A stretch of DNA of 28,798 bases from Fonticula alba ATCC 38817 (Eukaryota > Protista > Nucleariida), in assembly GCA_000388065.2 (NCBI GenBank), contig KB932216.1; one strand, 5' to 3'. Below the pieces are notes generated by a model. It searched no databases and was not told where the DNA came from. It was given only the letters and a program-made list of their open reading frames with translations. Position numbers and translations under genes: made by a program. The stretch's first letter is position 1, and the number at the start of each line of letters is the position of its first letter. This document shows, piece by piece, positions 1 through 10,078 of this stretch.

Positions 1-16
1 CCCCCCCCCCCTCTCA

Positions 17-200
17 CGCGCGTGTGTGGCTCTGTGTGTGTGTGCACGTGTGTGAGTGTGAGCGTGTGTGTGTGTGTGTATCCGTGCGTGTGAGCGTGTG
101 TCGTGAGAAGGCGAGTGCCGTGCCCGCGTGTGTGCGTGTGCGCGTGCGTCGTCTGCCCGCGTGCGAGCGCGTGTGCCTGTGTGTTGGCGCGCGCGCGCCG
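17..200. repeat. Imperfect (GT)n/(GC)n microsatellite tract
   Basis: Near-continuous alternating GT/GC dinucleotides upstream of the LPA1-like gene. Confidence 0.85.
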
Positions 201-387
201 GCACGTGTGCCGCCCAATCCACCCTCCCCCTCCGCCCCCTTCGTCTCCGCGCCCGGGCACCCCCGCACAGATCGCGTCCCGTCCTCCCCCCCTGCGGACG
301 CGCTCCCGGCCGGTTCCCCCTGCGCTTTGTTCCGCCCATTTCTCCCCTCCCCCGCATCGGCGCTTGGTCCTCGCTCACCGCGTCGAC

Positions 388-1295
388 ATGAAAAGTATAT
401 GCGTGCAGTGGGAGCCCTCAGGTGTATGTTGCCCGGCGTGTGCCGTCTGCTCGCCGTCTGCTCGCCGTCCGCGTGCCGTCCGCGTGCCGTCCGCGTGCCG
501 TCCGCGTGCCGTCCGCTCGCCGCCCCTCCTGACCTCCATCTTCGCGCCCGCGCCCCCTTGTCCCCCCCCCCCCCCCCTGCCGTTCATGCACAGCGCCTGA
601 GGTGCTACTCGCCGCGGAACCTGGCATCCATCTTGCAGCTGATGGGGTTCCCGGCGGATGTGGCCGCCGACGCCGGGGACTTTGTCTTCCGGCATCTGCC
701 CGGCGCGGCCCACACCTCGACCCACGAGCAGAGCGTCGTCTCCCTGTCGGCCGAGGCCCTGGGCAGCCTGCTCGATGAGGCCCTCCTCCGGGCCGGCTTT
801 GTGCGTGTGCTCCCCCCTCCCGCCGGCGCCCTGCCCCGCGCGCCCGCGGTGTGTCGGTGCGCCTCGGCGCCCGCCCACTCGACCATGCCCTAACGCCCCC
901 CCCCTCCCCCTCCGCCACTTGATCCGCACGCGTGTGTGCTGTTGGCTTCTCCGACCACCACCGCCACCAAGACCAACCCCCGGCGCTTGGCGCACTTCGC
1001 CGTGGCGCGGAAGCTCTTCGACCGGGACATTGCCTTCTGCGTGCTGCTTGGCGGGACCAGCGGCTGCGGCAAGTCCACCCTGTCCAGCCTGCTGGCGCAC
1101 CGCCTCGGGGGCCCGGGCGGCGGCGGCAGCGGCGTGGCCACGGTCCTCTCGACCGACAGCCTCCGGCAGCTGGTGCGGTCGCACCTGGCCGACGCCGAGG
1201 AACACCCCCCGGCCGCCGGGGCGGGCGGTCCCCGGGGCGGCATGGCCGGCCCCGGTGTCGGTGGCGCTGTCGCCGCCCCATCGGCCGCCCCATCG

Positions 1296-1338
<43 letters not shown>

Positions 1339-3026
1339 ATGCGGCCCCCCCTCTCACCTCGATGGGGCCCCACCCCTCGGCGCCGGGGTCGGGCTCCGCC
1401 TCCGCCTCGTCCATCTCCCCCGGGTGCCCACCGGCGGCGGTTCTCATGGCCTCGAGCTATCGCGCCGGGCGCTTCCTGGCCGAGGACGATCCCCGGCCGG
1501 CGGCCCTGCAGAAGGACCTCCAGCAGCAGCCGCCCCCCTATCGCCGGCATTTGAGCCATGAAAGTTGCCGGGTGCTGGTCGGGCACCAGGCCCAGTCGGA
1601 CCACCTGGCGCCGTACCTGGAGCGTCTGCTCCGCCGCCATGCCGGCCGCGGGGAGAGCCTTGTCATTGAGGGGGTCCATGCCAGCGTGGATGTGGCCATG
1701 CGCCTGATGGCCTCGGCCCCGGCGGACCTTGTCGTGGTGCCGACCATCATCTTTGTTCCCGGGCAGGTGCGTGTGTTTCGGAGGCGGCAGGGGGGGGGGG
1801 GGGGACCTCCACTTTGCTTTTGTCGCTTGGCCGTGCGCCCTCGCGCGCGCGTGCCCGCCCCCCGTTGCTCGTCGCTGACGGTGCCCCCCCTTTGCCGATT
1901 GTCCACCGGCTCCCTGCCTTGTCCTCGCCCTCGTCCTTGTCCTTGTCCTTGTCCTTGTCTTTGTTTTTGTCCTTGTCCTCGTCCTTGTCCTTGTCCTCGT
2001 CCTTGTCTTTGTCCTTGTCCTTGTCCTCGTCCTTGTCCTCGTCCTTGTCTTTGTCCTTGTCCTTGTCTTTGTCTTTGTCTTTGTCTTTGTCCTCACCCTC
2101 ACCCTCACCCTCACCCTCGCCCTCGCCCTTGTCCTTGTCCTCGCCCTCGCCCTCGCCCTCGCCCTCGCCCTCGCCCTCGCCCTCGCCCTCGCCCTCGCCC
2201 TCGCCCGGCGGACGTGCGCGACACACAGGAGCAGCATGCCGCCCGGTTTGCCGTCCGGGCCAAGCACATGTCCGTCGACCCGGGCATCAACAAGTATGTG
2301 GCCAACATCGAGGCCATCCGCCTGATTCAGCAGCACCTGCTCCTGACGGCCGCCCGGCGGGGCCTCCCCTGTATCAGTAACACCAATGTCGAGCAGAGCG
2401 TCGGCCTGCTGCATGACATCCTCCTGGCCGCGGTGGCCGGGGCCCTCGGGGACCATGCCACCGCGGTGGAGATCTGCCTCGGGCAAGGGGCCGCCCAGCG
2501 GTCGGCCGGTGCCACGGTGGCCCGGCATGCGCGGCACCATGCCTCGGCCGCGGCGGCCCTGGCGACCGGGGGCGCGGCGCGGCGGCCCGCTCCGGCGCTC
2601 ATCTTCGCCCCGGGGGCCAGCGCGGTGCCCGGGCTCCGGCCGCTGGCCCGCTTGCTGGCCCTCGGCGGCCCGGGCCCCGGGGATGACGGCCCGTCGCCGC
2701 TGGCTCCGGCCGCGTCCGCGGCGGCCAGTGGTCCCGGCGAGGGGGCCGACCACCAGCCGCCCCCCTTGGCGGCGGTGGGGTCGCCCCCGGTGGTGGTGGT
2801 GGCTGCGGCCGCGGCGGCGGCGGCGGCCCCCGCCGCGGCGGGGGGGTCTCCCTTTGCCACGACCACGGCCGCTGTTGCGGCGGCCGTGGCCGCGGCCGAG
2901 TCGCTGGTCGCCGCGGCGCCGAGCGCCGGGGGCGGCCCGGGCCCCGGGGGTGCCTCCCGCCAGCAGCCGGCCTCCGAGCCGGCCTGCTTCATTCCGGTGT
3001 CCTCTGCCGTGGCGGCCGGGCACTGA
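388..3026 (+). CDS. LPA1-like: P-loop NTPase, LPA1 (low phytic acid 1) / 2-phosphoglycerate kinase-like protein, ~611 aa, 4 exons
   Basis: Phase-consistent model: exons 388-423 (MKSICVQWEPSG, donor GTATGT), 594-800 (RLRCYSPRNLASILQLMGF..., donor GTGCGT), 972-1766 (Walker A GTSGCGKS at 1053-1076, VLSTDSLRQLVRS, SLVIEGVH; donor GTGCGT), 2229-3026 (EQHAARFAVRAKHMSVDPGINKYVANIEAIRLIQQHL...ISNTNVEQSV; TGA). All introns are phase 0, GT-AG, with a CTRAC motif. These blocks match, from memory, plant LPA1 motifs (LQLMG; LLCGTSGCGKSTLS; STDSIRHMMR; VVVEGVHL; RFAVRAKYMTLDP..NKY; NNTNVDKSV). Ala/Pro low-complexity inserts and tail. Confidence 0.88.
442..518 (+). repeat. 11-bp tandem repeat x7 (GCCGTCYGCKY) in intron 1
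   Basis: Units GCCGTCTGCTC x2, GCCGTCCGCGT x4, GCCGTCCGCTC x1 read directly. Confidence 0.9.
1296..1337 (+). repeat. (GCC)14 coding trinucleotide repeat (poly-Ala)
   Basis: 14 perfect GCC codons in exon 3 of the LPA1-like gene. Confidence 0.9.
1917..2204 (+). repeat. Hexamer microsatellite, 48 units (CCTTGT/CCTCGT/CTTTGT/CCTCAC/CCTCGC), in intron 3
   Basis: 288 nt of 6-bp periodicity between the branch motif CTGAC (1875-1879) and the acceptor CACACAG (2222-2228). Confidence 0.9.
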
Positions 3027-4022
3027 CGGCAGCGCGCGCCGCGGGGCTGTTTCTCCGCGGCTGCATGGCTGGTCCTTCCTCCCTCTCCCCCTCTCTCTCT
3101 CTCTCTCCCTCTCCTGTACATTACCTTTTCCTCACCCCCCCTCCCGTGCCCGAGCGTGGCTCGTGCCAATAGATTTAGATTCCCTGCATAGATGCGGCCT
3201 GGGGGATTCCCTCGTGTGTGTGTGCGCGCGCGCGTGTGTGCGTGTGTGTGTATGCATGTGAGAGTCTGTCCCCGCCCGGAGGAGGGAGCGCGCAGGGTGG
3301 CGCCCTTTGTGTTGGCCTTCCGCCGGGCGCAGGCAAACCCCCTGGCGCATGGGGCTTGTTGAGTGAGTGGCCGGGGCCGGCGGCATGGTGTGTGCCTCGG
3401 CGCCGGGCATGTCATCCAAAGTATCCTGGACCCCAGGGGGGCGATTCGTCGTCGGGGCACGCCCCGCGCACGGGGAAGCCGGGAAAAGACCCTGACGCCG
3501 GGAGGGGCCCGCCGGTGCGGCTGCCGGGGTCGCGCGCTCCGGGCCCCTGCCGCCGGTGCCGGGCCGCCTCCGCGGCGAGGGCCGGGATGCCTGCCGGCGC
3601 GTGACGGGCGCCCCCGAGCCGCGCGACGCGGTCGCCCTCCCGTGCCTCGCGTGTGGGGCATGGGCGCAGGCCCACCGGCAACGGGCCGCCGCCGGGAGGA
3701 GGCCAGCCCCGGGACCCGGGCTCCCCTCCCGAGGCGCGCGGCGCAGACAAAGGAGGGCCACCGAGGCCGCCTGCAGGGGCCGCGGGGAGAGACGCACAAA
3801 AAGACAAGCACTCGGCACAGGGGTGCCGCGCAAGACTGGCCGTGCGTGTGTGCGTGTGTGTGTGTGGGCGCAGACATACGCCGGGGCTCTGCACGGAGCG
3901 CGGCGCTGTCTCTCCCCCCCCCCCCCCCGCCCGTCCCTTGGAGAGCCCCGGGGGTCTTTTTTGTGGCCTCCACACAGGACGACACTATCGCATCTCCCCG
4001 GAAGCGGCACGCCAGACGCGCC

Positions 4023-4026
4023 AAAA
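4023..4026 (-). terminator. Pol III oligo-T terminator of tRNA-Lys
   Basis: TTTT on the minus strand 4 nt after the discriminator base. Confidence 0.7.
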
Positions 4027-4030
4027 GAGA

Positions 4031-4103
4031 AGCCCACTGTGGGGCTCGAACCCACGACCCTGGGATTAAGAGTCCCATGCTCTACCAACTGAGCTAAACA
4101 GGC
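4031..4103 (-). tRNA. trnK-CTT: tRNA-Lys, anticodon CTT, intronless
   Basis: Minus strand reads GCCTGTT TA GCTC AGTTGGTA GAGC A TGGGA CT CTT AA TCCCA GGGTC GTGGG TTCGAGC CCCAC AGTGGGC T: perfect D, anticodon and T stems, A and B boxes; anticodon at 4068-4070. Confidence 0.96.
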
Positions 4104-5659
4104 TTACATACCTTCCCCCGCAGGCCTGGCACATATGAACCACCGCATTTCGGCTGACTGGGCCCGCGGCGCCTCCCCGCCGGAGGGCTCCCCCGCCCCT
4201 CTCCGCGCCGGCCCTCCGCGGGATCTTTTCCCCGGAGTGTGGTATTTGCGTTTGAGGCCCGCCCGGCCGTGTCTAGATCGGCGCAACCGCATCCAGGCAA
4301 TTGACGCCACGCGCGATTCACGCCACGCGGCATGCTATCCCTCCCGGGCCATAATCGGGGAATTGAAAATGCGCGCCATATAACGCGAGGGGCGCATGGG
4401 TAGGTACCAACGGGCAGATGCATTGGCACTTCGCGCTTGGCGGGCCACGGCCAGATGTGGCCCCGTCCCCGCCGGGGTCTGTGACGGCGTCAAGAGGGGG
4501 CCCGGAGGGCGGCCGCGCCCCCGGCAGGCCGGGCCAGCGCCGAGCGTCACTCGCATTGCACCTCCCTCCCTCCGCTTCGCCCGCCCGCCCGCAATCCGTC
4601 TCCCCCCTCTCTTGTACACACTCGCCCTTGTCTGGGCCGCTGGCACGGCCCCTGGGGCGGCACTCCCACGCGGGGCCGACCGGCACCCGGGACGCGGGGA
4701 CTGCGTGCGGCTGCGAGTGTGTCACTCACCGGGCGGCCGGGCCGCTGTCGGAGCGTGAGCCACTCGCCGGCCGGGAGTCGCGCCCTCTCCCGTGTGGTCT
4801 CCCCGGCTGGGGAGCAGGGCCCCTCATTGGCGGCCCCCCCCCGTCCACACATACGCACGCACGTACGGCGCCATGTACCGCCGGGGGTGGGCTCCCGCCA
4901 CGGGCCGGTCATGATGGCCCATCACAGCGGGGTGGTGGTTTTGGGCGCGAGCTCGCTGCGCGTCGGTTACCCCCACGACCGCCCCATGGAGCGAAGCTCG
5001 GGTGCCCTTGGCTAGGGGCTCGGCACGGTGGATGGCCCCCGGCTGTTCCGGCGTCGGACTCCACAGCGGGAGATCCGCAGGCGGGCCGAGCGCCAAGCCA
5101 TCGCCCGGCTTTCGGCGCAGGTGCCACTGGCGAAGTACGGCTGGAGGCTGGGCAGCCGATGCCCGGGCCTTTGGTGGCACTGGCCGGGTGCTGGCGCGGC
5201 CGGTGCGGCTGCCGGCTGGGGAGGGATCTCGGTGTGCCGGCCGGGCAAGCCACTTGCCATGGTGCTGCCGGAACGCAGGGCGGTGCCTCTCCCCCGCCCT
5301 TTTTTCTCTCGCTCGCTCGCCATCGGCGTAGCACATGGACCCGGCCATGCCCTCTTGCCGGATGCCATGGACCCTGCGGATTCTCACGAATGCTATGGGT
5401 GCGTCATGGTGCCAGGCACGCCGGTCGAGCGCGGCGGGCCGGATTGGCGCCCGAAGCCCATGGGCCGGCAGCGGGAGGGACGAGCGCGGCGGCGGGGAGC
5501 GGCGGGGGGGGGACGAACTGGCTTCGGGCAGGGTCGCCCGGCTGCGGGGGCCTTTCCGCCGACGCCGGCACCGCGTTTCCGGCATGGCCCGGAGCCGGGC
5601 ATGGTGGTTGTTTGGTTCCGGCAGCACGTCGGCCGCCGTGGCCCGGGGGCGGCGCAGTC

Positions 5660-6500
5660 AGTGAGCATGGGCTACCTGGTCCGGGCCGGCCGGAGGCCGG
5701 AAAGCCGGGCCGGCTCATCCGCGTGTGTGGCCGCGGGCCATTGTGGTGCCAGGCCTCGCCTGTCGGCGGCCTGGCTCCTGCCCTTGACTCCTGCCCTTGG
5801 CTCCTGCCCTTGGCTCCTGCCCTTGGCCCCTGCGTGGAGTGCCCAGATGCTGGTGGCCCAGCGCGTGGGAGAGCCGGCCATGGCGATCGGCCCGTGCCTG
5901 TGCAAATGCTGGCGCCCGGTGCGGCGCGGAATGTGCTCGACGGGCTGCGGGGCTTTTGGCCGGTGTACGGGCTCTTCGGTCGGCGGAGGCTGGGCTTGTC
6001 GACCGCCTGGCCGGCGGCCTTCCTGCGCCTGGGTCAGGCAGTGCTCCACCCGGTGGCGGGGCAGATCTCGCGCGCGGGCAGATCCCTCGCCGGGGTGTCC
6101 TCGGGACCCAAGCGCACCGGCCGGGTGGACGCATGCATCGCCAAGTGGCCGAGGGGGGCCACACTCCCCCTCTCCCAGGGGCGTCTTGCTGCCCCTCGTC
6201 CCGACATCCCCCTCCTGGCACGCACCCGCGGGGCTCGGGCCCGGCCTCCGGAGGCGGGTACGTGCCGGAGGCTCGGCCGCCGGTGCTGCAGCTGGCGCCC
6301 CACCCGACGTGAGCCGTGCCCGGCCATGGCGCGGCGAGTCGTCCCCGCGAACACACGACCCTCGCCAGGGCAGCCAGCTCGAACCGCCGAGCCGTGCCGC
6401 GCAAGCCATCACCCTGGGGCGTTGCCTGGCTCGGCTAGCATCATGTTCCGGGCTGCGCGCAGCTCCGCCAGCCGGTGACAGTCATGTCCCCCCTGCTTGA
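5660..6500 (+). pseudogene. Possible decayed or unannotated coding region, product unknown
   Basis: High-GC3 codon-like stretches in two frames (WSAQMLVAQRVGEPAMAIG, then QMLAPGAARNVLDGLRGFWPVYGLFG...PEA) switching near 5890-5905; a good donor GTACGT at 6258. No recognisable domain and no clean model. Confidence 0.22.
5773..5833 (+). repeat. 13-bp tandem repeat (GGCTCCTGCCCTT) ~4.7 copies
   Basis: Units at 5773, 5786, 5799, 5812 and a partial unit at 5825. Confidence 0.88.
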
Positions 6501-8870
6501 AGCAGCCGCCCTCGCCTCGCCTTTCTTGCACCACAAGGGCTGCGCTCTTCTCCCCCCTGGCAAGATCCCGCTCGGCGCCTGCCTCCATGCCCTCCCTCTG
6601 TGGGCCCTCCGCGCCTGGGGTGCGTGCCCCCGCGTGGGATCCCATGCGCCTGTTTTCTCTTTCGCCCTGGATGCACGGTGTGTGACTTTCCTTATCGCCT
6701 GCCCCCGCGCATGGGTCTATGGGAGGGGGGGGGGCGGCAGGAGCGCGTGCGCTTTGGAGGCGCTGGCATGCCCTTCGCACGCCTCTTGCACCTGTGCGGG
6801 CATTGGTTCTCCTTGCCAGGCGGGGACACCGGCGCTGCCCTCCGGCTCGCTCCCCGCCGACTCTGTGCCGGGAACCGAGGGCCGGGGCGATCGCGCTGCC
6901 GCCATGGCGACGGTAAGCAGGCCGGCCGGACGCGCACGCATGCGCCCTTACCAAACCAGCCGACATGCCGCCGTCCATGGGATCCGGGCGCGTCTGCTGC
7001 CCGGGCACGTCCCTCGGCAGGCCGGCGGACCCTTGCGGCGGAAGCTGCGCCCGGGCCCACTTCGTGTGGGCATGCTGGTCGCTGTGCCCGCATGCATGGT
7101 CGGCTGGACCGGCCTCGGTGTCGGCGCATCGGCATGCATGCATGTGTTCATGCAGGTGTCGAAGTATGCATGCACACATGCCGGTCTCGGGGTCTGTCCT
7201 GGCTCGGTCCGGAACGGGGGGGGGGGACGCCATCACGATGCGCACGCTGGGCCGCCGGCTTGCGTGGTCCGTTTGGGAGCGCCGCACGGAGCGAACGGCC
7301 CCGCGCGCTGGTGCCATCGGCCAGGGCGCGCGCCCGAAGCGACCTCGTGCGGGCGCCCCTGCGTAGCATGCGCCGCTAGGGTGGCCAGCTGCCAGGCTCG
7401 CACACCGCCCGGCAGTCGGGTGCCCTTTGGGTGTGGGAGCACTGCCGCTGGCGGCTGTGGCCATCCGGGCGTTGCTCCTCGCCTGCACGCGCTAAGGGTC
7501 CCTTTTGTCGCTCCGAAAGGGCCGGGCAGAGGGTGGCACGGTGCTGCCGGGCAATCTACCGGCCGGGGGCTCCAGGGTCGATCGTCGGTGGGCCCGTTCG
7601 CGCGCCGGTGAAGGCGCTGCATGCCTCCCGGGATCGTGCACCCCACACCCGAGGCAATGGCCGAGGCAGGGCGCGCCCTGGGCCAATGCGCCCGGGAGGC
7701 ACTCCGGGGGCGCATGGGGACGCCGGTGCTGATTGCTCGATCGGCATGCCTGTCGCTTGGCCTTGTCCAGGTGGCTCGGCCTCGCCGACCGGCGCGCGCG
7801 CGCGCGCGCGGATTTTGTCATTTCCGAGTCCCTCCCAGGGCAAGCATCTCTCATCGGCCTTTAGAGCGTGGGCCTCCCCCCGTGGGGCGATCGGGGCGAA
7901 CACCCCGAGCTCTGTGTCTTGCCGCGGAATGGCATCGGCGTATGCATGTGTCGGTTTGTCCCTGTGTGTGCATGCATGCATATGTGCATGAGTGTGACGC
8001 GCACGGCCTCCGGCATGTGCGGCGTGTGCAGTGCGTGCGATGATCAAATGTCTCAACAGCCTGTGCGTGAGTACCAGAGCCCAGGCCGGTGGGCGCGCTT
8101 CCCCCCCCTGACCCTTGGGCAAGGGGCACACGTGTGTGAGCACAATGCCGCGGGCGCCGAGATCCACCTCGGCTGCTGGGCTTCCCGGCTTCCTGCCTCT
8201 TTACCGGAATGGCAGGAGCGCCCTGGCGCGAGTGCGGCGGCTTGCGGGCCAGGACGAAGAATGGGACATGCCGCCGGTCGCCCTGTGCTTTGGGCGTACA
8301 CTCCGGTGAGGGAAGTGTCGCGAGGCAGCAGCGGCGCCACACGCAAGGGCGGTCCCTGGCGGCGGGTCCCGTCTGGCTGCGACGGTGCGCCCCGGCCACC
8401 AACGGCCCCGGGTGCGAGGCCGCCTCCATCGGGCCGGCGGGGGGTTTCCCCTCCGGGCGCGCTGGCATGGTCCTCTGCGGGGCAGGCCCGCGCGAGTGCG
8501 GCCGCCGGGGCCCTCTTCCCGCTGCGTGGCCCGGCTATGCCGGCGGCGCCCGGTGGTCCAGCTCGGGCTCCGGTTATGGGGTTATGGGCGCCCTCGGCGA
8601 GCCGATGGCATCATGGCCAGGCAGGTCGGGCGATCGCAGGGGCGTGCCCCCTGGGAGAGGGTCTTCCAGCCCGGTGGCGGGCTCGTGTTGGCGGGGTCAG
8701 GCGTGTGGCCCTCTGCCTCCTCTCGCCTTGCTTCTCGGGGGGGGAGGGACACGGGGCGACCTGGCACACGGGCTTGCCGGTGGGGCACACACTGTCCCCG
8801 CTCGACCGCCGGGGCCTCATGTGGGCAAAGCCGGCGGGGGTCGGAATCCGTCGTGCACATTCACCGGAAA

Positions 8871-8965
8871 NNNNNNNNNNNNNNNNNNNNNNNNNNNNNN
8901 NNNNNNNNNNNNNNNNNNNNNNNNNNNNNNNNNNNNNNNNNNNNNNNNNNNNNNNNNNNNNNNNN
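8871..8965. other. Assembly gap (N)
   Basis: Run of N. Confidence 0.99.
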
Positions 8966-9289
8966 GATCGTGGTCTTCGAGCTGGGCGGCAACCGCCAAG
9001 AGCCTGGCATTCCCCCGCGGGCCGTACACGGCCGCGGGAGGCACCGGCGGTCGGCACGCCTCGCCGAGCGGCCACCCCCCCTCTCCCCCCGGCCCGTAGG
9101 CCAGTGTCTCCACCTCGGGGGGATGCCGGGCCGGCTGCCCAGCGACCTACCAATGCGCTCCCGCCCGGCCCCTCTCCCCCGGCACACGCGCGTGTGCACA
9201 CCGGCCAGCAGGCGTGTATATGTGTGGATTGGTGTATTTTGTTTGTCTCCCTTTCGGAGCACAGCGGCCAGCAGCGCCAGGACGCCCGG

Positions 9290-10036
9290 CTACTTCTCGA
9301 TCTTGACGAAGTCCTTGTCCTCGTCCCAGGCGTACTGCGGCTCGCAGTCGATCTTGGAGAAGGCCTTGTGGCCGGCGGTGTCCTGCGGGCAGAAGACCTC
9401 GAAGGAGTAGGTGTTGTGGAGGAGCTGGCAAACCGAGTGCGGGGAGGAGTAGCGGTCCATGGTGCACTCGTGGATGGCCACAAGGGTGTCGATGCACTTC
9501 TTCTTGTTGCACAGCGAGTCGAGGGTCACCCCGGCGAAGCCGCCCTGGATGCAGTGCTTGCGGAAGCGGGCGTCCAGCTTGTCGAGGGCCATGTTGTCGC
9601 AGCCCTTCTTGGGGAAGCTCTTGTTCTTGGACTCGGTCTGGTAGCGAGTGGGGCACTTGTAGTTGGAGAGGTCGGCCTTGGCGGCCTGGGAGTCGGGCTC
9701 GTGCTTGCGGCACCAGTCGCGGTGCTTGGTGACCATGGTGGAGCAGTCCTCGAAGGCGGTGGTCAGATCCTTGATGGTCTTGCCGTCGAATTTGTTGGCC
9801 TTCTCGACCGTGCACTTGCCGTAGCTGGCGGCCGAGTTGAGGGCGCTGCGGTCGCAGCGCCGGCTGCCGGAAATTTGCTGGGCGAAGTCCTGCAGCGGCC
9901 GGATGCAGGGGTGGGAGGCCGAGTCGACCAGGGCGCTGAGCTCCTCCTCGGCGAGGAGGAGCTGGTCCATCGGGGCGGCGGTGGCGGCGACGGAGAGGAT
10001 GGCCAGGATGGCCAGGAGGAGGGCTGCCTTGAGCAT
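9290..10036 (-). CDS. Secreted cysteine-rich protein of unknown function, 248 aa, single exon, 14 Cys
   Basis: ATG at 10036, TAG at 9290-9292. Signal-peptide-like MLKAALLLAILAILSVAATA; strongly biased codons (AAG, GAC, TTC, TGC) and a Lys/Asp-rich composition unlike neighbouring shadow ORFs. No domain recognised. Confidence 0.9.
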   Translation of the reverse strand: MLKAALLLAILAILSVAATAAPMDQLLLAEEELSALVDSASHPCIRPLQDFAQQISGSRRCDRSALNSAASYGKCTVEKANKFDGKTIKDLTTAFEDCSTMVTKHRDWCRKHEPDSQAAKADLSNYKCPTRYQTESKNKSFPKKGCDNMALDKLDARFRKHCIQGGFAGVTLDSLCNKKKCIDTLVAIHECTMDRYSSPHSVCQLLHNTYSFEVFCPQDTAGHKAFSKIDCEPQYAWDEDKDFVKIEK

Positions 10037-10078
10037 TGTGTGTTGGATGGCTTTGGGGAGGGAGGGGCGAGGGGGGGG

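Noticed and set aside
375-3023. 882-aa minus-strand ORF, and the DK/GE-repeat ORF 1747-2226
   Set aside because: Antisense shadows of the LPA1-like gene and its intronic hexamer repeat; Arg/Gly-rich composition, no domain.
4031-4103. tRNA as an integration site for a mobile element
   Set aside because: No duplicated tRNA 3' end, integrase, reverse transcriptase, transposase, LTR or TIR found in the window.
4910-5015. MMAHHSGVVVLGASSLRVGYPHDRP resembling an actin-related-protein N-terminal phosphate loop
   Set aside because: Lacks the conserved Asp, stops after ~35 codons, and no further actin-fold motifs follow.
7810-7917. Minus-strand ACACAG|AG CTC...ELGVFAPI resembling the kinase exon start ELSLPG...FAPI
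   Set aside because: Similarity is limited to a few residues with no downstream kinase motifs; could be chance.
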